Below are positions 48,518 to 58,412 of a DNA stretch of 64,000 bases, in pieces; position 1 is the first letter of the stretch, and each line of letters starts with the position of its first letter. Made by a program: the position numbers and the translations under genes. Below the pieces are notes generated by a model that worked only from the letters and a program-made list of their open reading frames with translations, searched no databases and was not told the DNA's origin. Origin of the DNA: Candidatus Auribacter fodinae (GTDB lineage Bacteria > Auribacterota > Auribacteria > Auribacterales > Auribacteraceae); contig QZJZ01000005.1 in assembly GCA_003599815.1 (NCBI GenBank), forward strand, positions 33,410 to 97,409. Reading direction: 5' to 3'.

Positions 48518-49076
48518 GGCTCAAACCCTCATGTAATTGTTTTCCGGCAGTCATCATCTGCTCGCGCGCCCGTTTGAGGCGTGAGCGAACGGTGTTGATG
48601 TTTATGTCAAGAATCGAGGCGATTTCGTCGTACTGGAACCCGTGTATTTCTCTGAGCACGATACATTCTTTCTGGTGCGGGGAGAGTGAGTCCAGTATTT
48701 TTCCGAGTACCGTCTGGTGATGCTCCAGCTCGATTACGTTGTCGAGTTCAGGAGCGATGCGCATTGTGTCGAGTGGTACTGAATTATCCTCGCGCTGTTG
48801 TATCCGTGCTCTTTTTTTGACGAAATTGATCGATTCGTTGTTAATTATCCGGTACAGCCATGCTTTAAACGATGTGCCCGGCTGGTAGGCGCTGAGGTTC
48901 CTGTAAACTTTAAGGAACACGTTTTGCGATGCCTCTTCTGCATCGTGAGCGGATCGGGTAATACCGAGCGCAACGTTATACACAAATCCTGCGGTTGCCC
49001 TGTAAATAGCCTCAAACGAGGCGATGTCGCCCTGCGCGGCTTGTGTTATGGTCGATTCGTCGATCATTAGTTCCAT
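48507..49076 (-). CDS. ECF (sigma-24/RpoE-like) RNA polymerase sigma factor
   Basis: Region 2 (FLKVYRNLSAYQ...WLYRIINNESINF) and region 4 (LSPHQKECIVLREIHGFQYDEIASILDININTVRSRLKRAREQM). Confidence 0.85.
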   Translation of the reverse strand: MELMIDESTITQAAQGDIASFEAIYRATAGFVYNVALGITRSAHDAEEASQNVFLKVYRNLSAYQPGTSFKAWLYRIINNESINFVKKRARIQQREDNSVPLDTMRIAPELDNVIELEHHQTVLGKILDSLSPHQKECIVLREIHGFQYDEIASILDININTVRSRLKRAREQMMTAGKQLHEGLSHEM

Positions 49077-49140
49077 AGTGTTTTTCCTGTGCGGCTTTTC
49101 CGTGTTGTTTCATACAATAAAACAAGAATATACAGCAAAA

Positions 49141-49148
49141 AGTTCCCT
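49141..49148 (-). promoter_or_regulatory. GGAACTT-like -35 element of a possible autoregulated ECF promoter
   Basis: The reverse strand reads GGGAACTT about 70 nt upstream of the sigma gene ATG. The -10 element is unclear. Confidence 0.3.
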
Positions 49149-49280
49149 GAAGTGTATTTTTTTGTTATAATATATGGCGATGAACAATTTTGAAGACAGT
49201 GAATAAGTTAATTTGTTTATAAAATAATTTATTAACTTAATAACTTATATATAAAAATATAGATTAAATAGTTTATTGAT

Positions 49281-49333
49281 TTAATTAGGGACACATCCCA
49301 ATTTTTTAATAATTGGGATGTGTCCCTAATTAA
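49281..49333. repeat. Perfect 23-bp inverted repeat with a 7-nt loop (53-bp palindrome)
   Basis: TTAATTAGGGACACATCCCAATT-ttttaat-AATTGGGATGTGTCCCTAATTAA. Located in the AT-rich divergent region between the ECF sigma gene and the PEP-CTERM gene. Confidence 0.9.
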
Positions 49334-49421
49334 AATACACTCTCCGTCGCTTGCATTAAAAAATGCTGTTCCGATTTCCTGCTAAAACGATAATGCATCT
49401 AAAGCAATCCTTAATAAATAA

Positions 49422-49450
49422 TTTGCAAAAATCAGCTGTACATGGTATAT
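49422..49450 (+). promoter_or_regulatory. Sigma-70-type promoter: TTGCAA, 17-bp spacer, TATATA
   Basis: TTGCAA 49422-49427 and TATATA 49445-49450, about 50 nt upstream of ATG 49502. Same architecture as the promoter at 8798-8826. Confidence 0.45.
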
Positions 49451-49501
49451 AACTTTATATATCGCAAATAATTAAACGTTAAGTATATAAAGGATAAAAT
49501 C

Positions 49502-50188
49502 ATGAAACAGCGCGGATTTATGTTAATCGCTATGTGCCTGCTGGGTATCTACTGTTCGACTGCCGATGCAGAGTCAGTCATTTTACAGCCTGAAGCGGCG
49601 GATGGTAAAAACAGTTATGTGCATTCCAATGTCGCCTCATACCCCATGGGACCCGGGCCAACGATCTATTCTTCAAGAGGTTATGCCGGTTATACCTCAT
49701 ATTCTTTGATCGAATTTGATTTATCCTCAATAGTAATCCCGACAACCGCCACTATAGAATCCGCGGTCATGGGAGTGTATGTCAGCGAAAAGTACGGAAG
49801 TGTATCCAGCGGAGTCAATGCGTACAGAATCACGTCAGCATGGACAGAATCAGGTGTTACATGGAACAATCAGCCTTCAGTGGATACCTCAGTCGCGATT
49901 CTGAATTCCGGCGGATTAGTATCGTCTGTCGGCTGGGTAGAATGGGATATAAAAAGTTTTGTGGAAGGATGGCTTGATACCCCGTCAACCAACTTCGGTG
50001 TTGAGTTAAGAAATATTGTGTCTGGATCGCAATTCGCGTATCATTCGTCAAATCAATCCAACTATCCGGCATACCGCCCGACACTGACAATAACGTATAC
50101 TGAGCAAGTCGTTGTACCTGAACCGCTGTCCATGATACTGCTGGGGTGCGGGCTGACTGCTTTGTATTGTAGAAGAAGCAAAAAATAA
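49502..50188 (+). CDS. PEP-CTERM sorting-domain protein with DNRLRE-like beta-sandwich domain
   Basis: Signal peptide. YSLIEFDLSS...YRITSAWTESGVTWNNQP matches the DNRLRE/CBM96-like pattern. C-terminal VPEPLSMILLGCGLTALYCRRSKK. Confidence 0.75.
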   Translation: MKQRGFMLIAMCLLGIYCSTADAESVILQPEAADGKNSYVHSNVASYPMGPGPTIYSSRGYAGYTSYSLIEFDLSSIVIPTTATIESAVMGVYVSEKYGSVSSGVNAYRITSAWTESGVTWNNQPSVDTSVAILNSGGLVSSVGWVEWDIKSFVEGWLDTPSTNFGVELRNIVSGSQFAYHSSNQSNYPAYRPTLTITYTEQVVVPEPLSMILLGCGLTALYCRRSKK

Positions 50189-50422
50189 CCCGATAATTCT
50201 TCAATCGTATTCCTTGATGGGCCGCTTTTTTAAAGGTGGTTCCAGCCGAAGCTGTCAATTGCGAACGAACGCAGGTTGTTCAGCGCTTTCATACGATGTC
50301 CGCGCATTGATCTTTTCGGCGCTTCGTTCTATGCTGAACTTGCGATAATCATTGACACGTCTTACACACTGGTTGATAATTTATCTTTTTCATGAGCGTA
50401 AAATTATCATAAAGGGAAAGCT

Positions 50423-51748
50423 ATGAAATTGCATCATACCTATGACTGCTTAAAACGTATGAATCCGGTACGCTTAGTAGCGTTGGGTTATATGTCATAT
50501 ATTTTTGTAGGGTTTGCTCTGTTATGCCTGCCGTTTATGCACCGGAACGCTGTCTGTGCTCTTGATAACCTTTTCATTGCCGCCTCCGCAGTATCAACGA
50601 CCGGGTTAACAACGGTTGCTGTAAATGAGGCTTATAATTTCTGGGGACAGTTGGTTATCCTTATTTTAATTCAATTAGGAGGTATAGGATATATGACCTT
50701 CAGTTCTTTTGTGATTTTATCCAGCAAAAAATATCTGGACGACAGGAAAAAAGATGTTGCCCATGTCGTGTTTAGTATACCAAGAAATTTTAAGATCGAA
50801 AAATTCATTTTAAGTGTTATTCTGTTTTCTATTGTAGTTGAGGCTGTTGGGGCGATAGGCTTATTTTTTGTATTCCTGCGTGAAGGTATACAACATCCTC
50901 TCTGGAATGCGATATTTCACAGTATCTCAGCGTTTTGTACGGCAGGTTTCAGTCTTTTTCCAAACAGTTTCGAGGGAATGTCCGCTAACTTCGGGCTTAA
51001 TGCAATTATTTCCGTATTGAGTATACTGGGCGCCATGGGGTTTATTGTATGTGTGGACGTGTGGCGCCTTATACGCGGGAAAGAGAAACATGTGACATTA
51101 ACTACGAAAGTCATTATTTCCATGACGCTCTGGTTGTTATGTATAGGCGGGGTTTTGATGTTTCTGACAGAATCCTATGGCGAGGGCGTTACTCCGGCGA
51201 ATAAACTGTTGTTCTCATTTTTTCAATCGATGACAGCGCTCACCACAGTGGGGTTCAACACGGTTACTGTCAGCACGTTGTCAAAATCGGCAATAATGCT
51301 GATCTGCATATTGATGATTATCGGCGCATCGCCTTCAGGTACGGGCGGCGGGTTGAAAACGACTACATTTTCAGCTATCTGGGGGTTGATGAAAAGTACT
51401 ATTAAAGGTGATAATGATGTCCGTATTTTCGGCGGGAAAGTGCCTGACGACCGGGTAAAGACCGCTGTGGCGACGCTCAGTTTATATATCTCGATGCTTC
51501 TTTTTGGAACGTATCTGCTTACACTGACAGAAAACGGGCAATTTCTGGATATTTTTTTCGAGTCGGCATCCGCTTTGGGAACTGTCGGGCTCAGCATGGG
51601 GCTTACTGCAGCGTTGACCTCGTTAGGAAAGATTGTAATAATCCTGATGATGTACATTGGGCGTGTCGGCCCGTTGACCTTCGGTATGGCTTTATATGTG
51701 AAACCGGAACTAATTTTTGACGACGCCAAAACCGATCTTGCCGTTTGA
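50423..51748 (+). CDS. TrkH/KtrB-family K+ transporter
   Basis: Repeated GxG selectivity-like loops (GTGGGLKTTTF) and 441 aa typical of the TrkH fold. Confidence 0.85.
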   Translation: MKLHHTYDCLKRMNPVRLVALGYMSYIFVGFALLCLPFMHRNAVCALDNLFIAASAVSTTGLTTVAVNEAYNFWGQLVILILIQLGGIGYMTFSSFVILSSKKYLDDRKKDVAHVVFSIPRNFKIEKFILSVILFSIVVEAVGAIGLFFVFLREGIQHPLWNAIFHSISAFCTAGFSLFPNSFEGMSANFGLNAIISVLSILGAMGFIVCVDVWRLIRGKEKHVTLTTKVIISMTLWLLCIGGVLMFLTESYGEGVTPANKLLFSFFQSMTALTTVGFNTVTVSTLSKSAIMLICILMIIGASPSGTGGGLKTTTFSAIWGLMKSTIKGDNDVRIFGGKVPDDRVKTAVATLSLYISMLLFGTYLLTLTENGQFLDIFFESASALGTVGLSMGLTAALTSLGKIVIILMMYIGRVGPLTFGMALYVKPELIFDDAKTDLAV

Positions 51749-51786
51749 TTTCATAAGGAGAGCGCTGGTATCTTTCCTGTCCCTGC

Positions 51787-53124
51787 TCAGATAATTTCTT
51801 CTTCCGGTTCGGTTGCAAAATCCTGAAGAACCTGATCCTCCACCTGATCAAAACGGATGTTCCATTTAGAAATTATATATTTTACCAAAGTCGGCACAGG
51901 TATGGTGGTGAGTATTGAAAGGCATACGATAGAGTTGAAAAATTCAGGTCTTATCATTTTGAGATGCAGAGCCACATTAGCCGCCGCGAGAGTCGCGGAC
52001 AGTTGCGGTACGGTCATCAATCCTGCACAAATACCTTTTGCGTTATTGAATCCTGATAGCCGCATGGCAACCCAACCCGATACTATTTTACTTGCGGTGA
52101 GCCCTACAAATGTCAGGACGACCATGGCGATATTTTCCCACGCGTTGAATAAAATTTTTAAATCCGTATTCATACCTATGGTCAGGAAAAGGAATGGAAC
52201 CAGAAAACCGTATCCCATTCCTTCGATTTTCCGGTGGAGGATCCGGTCGTTGTCATGAAATCCGGGCGCACGGACAATTGCCATACCAGCGACAAAAGCG
52301 CCAACAATGACACTAACGCCAATGAATTCGCCCACCAGAACAACTGCGAGTACGCCCACCAGAAAGAATGTCAGCCTCGAATCGTCGCTGTGATGTATCC
52401 GGGAAAAAACTTTCTGGGCAATAACGGGAATCAGCCACATGGATAACACGATGTAACCAACAATCGCTATAATAAATAACACAAAAAACCATGAACCCAG
52501 TGCAGACGGGTCAATATGGTCAAAAATGGAAACGCTTCCGGGAATGCTTAGCGATGTTGAATGACGGCTCATTTGAATACAAACTGCCAGTAACACAAGG
52601 CTGGCGAGATCCGTTATGACAGTCGATGCCAGCACGGCAATGCCGAAACGCGTCCGGGTTACTTTCAATTCCCTGATTACGGGAAAAACAATGCCGACAG
52701 AATGAGACGCGAACAAAGAAGCGTACACCAGTTTGCCGATCGTATGCCCGGGCTCAAAGAAAGCATAAACAAAATAACCTGCAAGTGCAGGTATCGCAAA
52801 GGTTAAAACACTCAGCCATGCAACGGCCTTCCGTTCAAGGCGCAGGACAGAGAGATGAACTTCCATGCCTGCCAGCACCATAAGAAATATAAGCCCCAGA
52901 AGGCCAAGTACGTTTAAAACAAGATAAATATCGGCGGTCGGGTATCCTCGTCCCAGAAAATAATTGAGCTTTCGGATAACATCAAGCATATTCGGGCCAA
53001 TAACTATCCCAACCATCATCATTGAAACAACGGAAGGGATGTGAAACCGCCGCAACAGCGCCGGTACTATGGCGGTCAGCGCCATGAGAAACATAAACAT
53101 AATCAAAAAGGTCAAACCGCTCAT
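51787..53124 (-). CDS. CPA2-family cation:proton antiporter (Na+/H+ exchanger-type) lacking a C-terminal RCK domain
   Basis: 445 aa, about 12 TM segments. N-terminal FHIPSVVSMMMVGIVIGPNML is typical of the Na_H_Exchanger fold. Confidence 0.75.
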   Translation of the reverse strand: MSGLTFLIMFMFLMALTAIVPALLRRFHIPSVVSMMMVGIVIGPNMLDVIRKLNYFLGRGYPTADIYLVLNVLGLLGLIFLMVLAGMEVHLSVLRLERKAVAWLSVLTFAIPALAGYFVYAFFEPGHTIGKLVYASLFASHSVGIVFPVIRELKVTRTRFGIAVLASTVITDLASLVLLAVCIQMSRHSTSLSIPGSVSIFDHIDPSALGSWFFVLFIIAIVGYIVLSMWLIPVIAQKVFSRIHHSDDSRLTFFLVGVLAVVLVGEFIGVSVIVGAFVAGMAIVRAPGFHDNDRILHRKIEGMGYGFLVPFLFLTIGMNTDLKILFNAWENIAMVVLTFVGLTASKIVSGWVAMRLSGFNNAKGICAGLMTVPQLSATLAAANVALHLKMIRPEFFNSIVCLSILTTIPVPTLVKYIISKWNIRFDQVEDQVLQDFATEPEEEII

Positions 53125-53339
53125 CGAAAACTCCAGCTTAAAGTGGTAAAAAGACTTGTAAATAGTTGTTTATTAAAATATTCCGCTGTTAAAAGGTAAT
53201 TGTCGGAATTATAACGAATGACTGAGTATCGCCCAGCTTGTTTCGCCGGAATAATCAAAAACCGTGAGTGTCATTATATGACAACCTCCGTAAACCGCAT
53301 ATTAAAAAAATATTAAAAGACTCATAATATTGTGTGATA

Positions 53340-53867
53340 CTAAAAAACAATAGCGCCTATAACGCCGCATGCAAGAATGACTATCACAGGATGCAATTTG
53401 CCCTCGAAAACAGCAAGAACCAGAAACGCGGCGGCCGCGATTGCCAGATCCAACCAGCCCTTAATCGCCGCCTTACCGTACGACCACACTGCGAAGAGGA
53501 TTAAGCCCAGGACGCCTATCTTGATGCCTTGCATGAAATCGCGCAAATTCCACTTGTTCTTGAATCGTTCTATGCATGGAACCAACAACGCGAGAATTAC
53601 GATGGACGGCACTATTACCGCTACTGTTGCGAGAATCGCACCGGGTATGCCGCTCAGGCGAAATCCGGTAAACGTAGCCGCGTTCACCGCGATAGGCCCG
53701 GGAGTCATCTGCGAAACGACTAATATCCGCGCCATTTCGCTGAATTCCAGCCAGTGCCTGCTGTCAACGAGCTCGTGCTGAATAAGGGGAATGGTCACCA
53801 TGCCGCCTCCATAAGCGCCAAGCCCGATCAGCATAAAACTGATAACCAGTTTAAGCAGTAGGGGCAT
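53340..53867 (-). CDS. chrA: Chromate transporter, short ChrA half
   Basis: IGLGAYGGGMVTIPLIQHELV...SQMTPGPIAVNAATF matches the CHR family motifs. Probable start at MPLLLK. Confidence 0.7.
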   Translation of the reverse strand: MPLLLKLVISFMLIGLGAYGGGMVTIPLIQHELVDSRHWLEFSEMARILVVSQMTPGPIAVNAATFTGFRLSGIPGAILATVAVIVPSIVILALLVPCIERFKNKWNLRDFMQGIKIGVLGLILFAVWSYGKAAIKGWLDLAIAAAAFLVLAVFEGKLHPVIVILACGVIGAIVF

Positions 53868-54459
53868 TGCCGCCAGCTCCTTCCGGTTTCTTTTTCGGTA
53901 ACAACCAGTAACCGAGCACACCTGCCGTGATTATCCCAAAGATAGGGTGTATTCCAAATACGCAGGCAGGTATCATTCCTGCCGCGCATACGGCACACTG
54001 TTTCCAGTTCCGCAACAGTGTCCTGCCGAAAATAAAGCCCGTAAAAGCCAGCTGGCTGACGATGGCGATTGCACAGCCCCGGAAAAAAGCGGTCACTTTC
54101 GGATTGCTGATAAACGGCAGAAACACCCCGGCTACAATCAGGATAACGAAAAAAGAGGGGAGAATTGTACCGAGCACCGCCATGACTGCCCCTATGTGAC
54201 TGCGCATGCGCCTGCCCAGAAGATATGCGATGTTTACGGCAATAGCCCCGGGCACGACGGTAGCCAGCGACATCAGAGACATAAAATCGGCATCCTTTAC
54301 CCATCGGCGTTTGATGGCCAGCTCATGCCGCATAACCAGTGACATAGCCATCCCTCCGCCCAGAGTGAACAGTCCGATTCGAAAAAACGTCCAGAAGATG
54401 CTGATGAGCGAAACTGGCATCGAGTCGTTTTCTTCATTCTGGCGGATTGAATGGCTCAT
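53851..54459 (-). CDS. chrA: Chromate transporter, short ChrA half
   Basis: FRIGLFTLGGGMAMSLVMRHEL...LATVVPGAIAVNIAY. Start uncertain among Met1, Met38 and Met51; Met38 was chosen. Confidence 0.65.
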   Translation of the reverse strand: MSHSIRQNEENDSMPVSLISIFWTFFRIGLFTLGGGMAMSLVMRHELAIKRRWVKDADFMSLMSLATVVPGAIAVNIAYLLGRRMRSHIGAVMAVLGTILPSFFVILIVAGVFLPFISNPKVTAFFRGCAIAIVSQLAFTGFIFGRTLLRNWKQCAVCAAGMIPACVFGIHPIFGIITAGVLGYWLLPKKKPEGAGGNAPTA

Positions 54460-54839
54460 GTTGTGTATGTATCTCCATCGAATTGGTGTCGGATTGTTTC
54501 GGATACTATAGTATGAAGCACTCTGCCCGTCAAGGCATAACCGTTTTCGCAAGGGCGATGGAATCGTCATGCATGGGGCGGCGTGAAATAGTAATATCGC
54601 ACAATATCGAAATACTTTTTTTAATATGCAGGTATAGTCAGGCTGAAGACAGTAATGTTAATGTCATTGGAATAAATTGTTGTATTTATATTAATTCTGT
54701 ATTAAAATCTTTGAATGTGTAATAAATATTTAATTATCGGCATTATAAATATAATTGTACCGTTTTTTATAACTTCTAAATTATTATAAATGTAACTATT
54801 GATGTAAAGCCAAAACTTTATGCCGGAAGGAGATACAGC

Positions 54840-55569
54840 AATGCAAAAGAGGTTGTTACGTATGGTTCCCGTGATGTGTATGATTTTGTTCGTGTCCGGA
54901 GTGAGTATTGCTAACGCGGGTGTACTCCCTGACCGGGCGACACTGGAAAGTATTCTTGGAGCTAACGCCGTAACCGAAGATTTCGAGACATTGGCGGTAC
55001 CTTCCAACACTGCTTATGGCATCGCTAATGTCGATACCCTTGATTCGTCAACGATTCTCACAATCAATACCATGCTTTTCGGACCGGGCCTGGTTATCCC
55101 CGGTGTGTCGTTTACCGAGCTGGACAACCTGAATTGGAACGGTGAAAATATCTGGGGCCAGACATCAAGAGCAATTTTAGGGTTTAATTATGACGGGATA
55201 CCCGGACACAGCATAGTAATCGATTTTCATAACCCGACGCCTGCCTGCGGGCTTGACCTGTCTATTCTTTCTGTTACCCCCTTTCATCCTGATGTTTTCA
55301 ATGTGGCAGTCTATGGCGCGGATGATTCGTCGCTATTGTACACGTCAGGGGATATAAACATTGACTTTTTCACGCGGATTTTCTGGGGATACACCGATGA
55401 TGCAGGTATCGGGAAAATAGCGGTATCGTCGACCACGCAGGATTGGTCTGCGATTGTGGATAATGTCACGTTCGACGGAAGCGCTGTTCCTGAGCCGGTC
55501 AGCAGTGCACTCTTCGTGTTTGGCGCAGGCTTTTTAGTGTCGTATTATCGTAAGAAGAGAAGCAAATAG
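54840..55569 (+). CDS. PEP-CTERM sorting-domain protein
   Basis: RBS GGAAGGAGA before ATG 54840 (MQKRLL...). Signal peptide. C-terminal VPEPVSSALFVFGAGFLVSYYRKKRSK. Confidence 0.7.
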
Positions 55570-55760
55570 TAAAAGAGTTTTGTCCTGCTATTTCAACACC
55601 ACTTCGATCAGAACCAGCAGTCCCAGAACTATGAGCGATAATATCCCGATCACAACATACCCTGTGCGGATATTATCTTTCACCGGACAAATGCATTGCT
55701 TGTTTTCGCATTTTTTTGATTTTTGCACCACATAAACGTAGATGCCTGAAAAAAAGAAGG

Positions 55761-56475
55761 TTATTTCAACCCAACGCTTTTTTTAACCAATACGGCAACC
55801 GCACTGCCAAGCAGGAACACCGATAGGGGTTCGGGCACAGCATTCATTTCGTCATCAGTATACATTTCGATTTCATTTATTACGTAGTAATCAGGTATAT
55901 CATGCGATGGGTTGTAGGACGGTTGGTAATCAATTGCGAAGACATAATCATTGATATAAATATCAACATAGTCTGTAAAATGCGGATTAGCGTCAATTTC
56001 AATAGCGGCTTTTTCCACAAAGGTTGAACCATCATCGGAAATAAAAAGTTTGCTTTCAGACCACCGATCTTTATAAATTCCACTATTTATATCGACAACA
56101 TTGTATGTCCGAATTTTAGTGATATAAACCGAATGAGGAAATATAACCCGCAAGGGAGCGATATTTGTTCCGGGCTGAGAACCGTCATTGTTTCCTGCAG
56201 GAAGCCAATAATTGTCATAGGTACCGGAAGCAAGCTGATTATCAATTATATGCTGCATGAAATAACGCGTATCTCCGCTATAAGGAGGTTTTGTAGATAT
56301 CCAATATACATCGCCTGCGATGCCTGATGCTGTAGTGATCATTGAACTGTCATTGTAACTGCCGCCAGAAACAAGCAGAAAATTTATTTTTGTCTCATCT
56401 GCAATTGAGGATGCACCGCATAACAAAAATCCGCATAGTGATATGAAAAATAATGTAAGCCTCAGTTCACGCATC
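55761..56475 (-). CDS. PEP-CTERM-like sorting-domain protein with lysine-rich tail
   Basis: RBS AAGGAGA before ATG 56475 (MRELRL...). Signal peptide. C-terminal VPEPLSVFLLGSAVAVLVKKSVGLK. Confidence 0.65.
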
Positions 56476-56658
56476 GCTATCTCCTTGTCTAAATTTAGAT
56501 TTTTTCGCATCATATATAGAGATATACCACATAAATTGAGGTTTTACCAACCGAGCCAAGATTTTATTCTAAAAAAAGTAATTCGAGCAATATTTTGATT
56601 TTGAGGTAGTAAACTATATCCAATAGCAGGATACACGCAGACTTAGCGTTTTACACTT

Positions 56659-57354
56659 TTATTGCCCTTGCTGGATGATCCATTCGAGTATGATGTGCGT
56701 CCATATGAAATAGCCGCCTATTACGATGAACAGTATGCCCGTAATCTTTCGGGTATACGCTTCTACCATCCTGACTTTATTGAACCAGTGCGAAATTGAT
56801 GTCATTCCCAGGGCGATGCCCAGAGCGAATAGCATAACAGGCAATCCCGTTCCGATACCATACAAGAAGGGAAAAACCATACCGAATTTATTATTCAGTG
56901 CAAGAGGTATCAGACTGCCAAAAAACAATGCGGCTGAAACCGGGCAGAATGAAAGAGCGAATAGTATCCCTAAAAGCCCTGATCCGAACAAACCCGATTC
57001 AGCTATTGAATGTTGTTTGTGATGCGAAAGCGTGAAACCGGACAGATTGATTTTAATGACGTTGCTCAGAACCAGCCCGGCAATCACAAGCACTGGTCCA
57101 AGAAGTTTGTTCATATAGGTTTGAAGAAACATCGCCACTACCGGAATTTTAATCAACGATGTGACAATCAAAGTGCCTATGAGCGCATACGTGATCATTC
57201 TTCCGACGGTATATGCAATACCGGACAACAGGACAGCCCTCGGATGAATTATTTTTTTTGACAGAAAAGTTATCGCCGCTATATTTGTCGCTAAAGGGCA
57301 CGGGCTTATGGATGTGAGGATACCGAGCCATATTGCGGATAAAAGAGCTAACAT
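56659..57354 (-). CDS. DsbD/CcdA-family transmembrane thiol-disulfide electron transporter-like protein
   Basis: Six TM segments with TM-embedded cysteines (ISPCPL; LSFCPVSAALFFG). Confidence 0.45.
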   Translation of the reverse strand: MLALLSAIWLGILTSISPCPLATNIAAITFLSKKIIHPRAVLLSGIAYTVGRMITYALIGTLIVTSLIKIPVVAMFLQTYMNKLLGPVLVIAGLVLSNVIKINLSGFTLSHHKQHSIAESGLFGSGLLGILFALSFCPVSAALFFGSLIPLALNNKFGMVFPFLYGIGTGLPVMLFALGIALGMTSISHWFNKVRMVEAYTRKITGILFIVIGGYFIWTHIILEWIIQQGQ

Positions 57355-57370
57355 TATGTATCTCCCACGG

Positions 57371-57790
57371 TTATTGGAGTTCTTTTAAAAACGACTCAGT
57401 TTCCGTTTTCACATAATCCGTAAATTTACCTTTGTTGCCCAAGTACTGCCATACTTTCTCCAGATTTTTGCTTTTTATTTCCTTGCCGTCTTTTACAAGG
57501 GATAACACGACTGCTTTTGTATATAGCTGGTAGTCTTTGATATAATGTTCATTGCCGTTCTCTTCAACGTTTATAACCTTATATTGCAGGTTTCCAGAGT
57601 TAATTGCGTCAGCAAACGTACCATTCATTGTTTCTCCGGTATACTCTTCGATTTTATGGCAGGACGCGCATCGAAAAGTAGTATGGAAATAATACGCATC
57701 AACACGGTTGCCCTGATCGGCAAATGTGTTACAGTTCATAAAAAATAAAAGTAAAGGGACAAAAACAATTTGTCTAATCATATTAAACAC
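57371..57790 (-). CDS. Secreted thioredoxin-like CxxC protein, possibly ArsF-family (ars-operon associated)
   Basis: Signal peptide and a single CASC motif. The small-protein family call is from memory only. Confidence 0.4.
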   Translation of the reverse strand: MFNMIRQIVFVPLLLFFMNCNTFADQGNRVDAYYFHTTFRCASCHKIEEYTGETMNGTFADAINSGNLQYKVINVEENGNEHYIKDYQLYTKAVVLSLVKDGKEIKSKNLEKVWQYLGNKGKFTDYVKTETESFLKELQ

Positions 57791-58145
57791 CTATTTCCTT
57801 AATCAATTGTTCAATGTCGATATCATTCAAAATTACTTCGCCTTTTTGAAATCCATAATCTTTGAGATTAATATACTCAACATGCAATTCAATCGACAGA
57901 TGGTCCATTGTTTTTTTTGCGCATGCTACAGGACATCCGTCTATAGCAATAATTCTGTCAGCGCATTTTGCTGATTCAATCATGCCGGATATATGACCGC
58001 CAAATCCTGCAAGGCAAAAAGGTTTTGCTTTGCCTGTACGTGCAATTTGCCGCGCAAGTTTATCTGCAAGTTCACCAACGTCTGCTCCTCCAGAGCACGC
58101 CACAACAAGTGACCCAATTCCACCACATGAGCATTTTTCACTCAT
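57783..58145 (-). CDS. DGC-domain putative zinc-binding protein
   Basis: AIDGCPVACA (DGC motif) together with N-terminal CSCGG and VACSGG cysteines. Confidence 0.6.
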   Translation of the reverse strand: MSEKCSCGGIGSLVVACSGGADVGELADKLARQIARTGKAKPFCLAGFGGHISGMIESAKCADRIIAIDGCPVACAKKTMDHLSIELHVEYINLKDYGFQKGEVILNDIDIEQLIKEIGV

Positions 58146-58156
58146 ATAAAAACTCC

Positions 58157-58387
58157 TTAATTTAAGAAAGCCTGTATCTGTTCAGGTGACAATACTTTCC
58201 CCGCTGATTTCACAACCCCGTCTATGACAAGCGCGGGTGTCATCATTACCCCGTATTCAGTTATTTTCATAATATCCTCAACCTTAACGACTTCAGCTTG
58301 TATGCCTGATGTTGCCACCGCTTCCTTGGCGCTCTCATACAATTTTTTGCACTTCGGACAGCCTGTCCCCAGTATTTCTATTTTCAT
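58157..58387 (-). CDS. Small thioredoxin-family protein (redox-active disulfide protein 2 / MTH895-ArsE-like)
   Basis: MKIEILGTGCPKCKKL. RBS AGGAGG before ATG 58387. 76 aa. Confidence 0.7.
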   Translation of the reverse strand: MKIEILGTGCPKCKKLYESAKEAVATSGIQAEVVKVEDIMKITEYGVMMTPALVIDGVVKSAGKVLSPEQIQAFLN

Positions 58388-58412
58388 AACACATTCCTCC
58401 TGTTTTTCTAAA

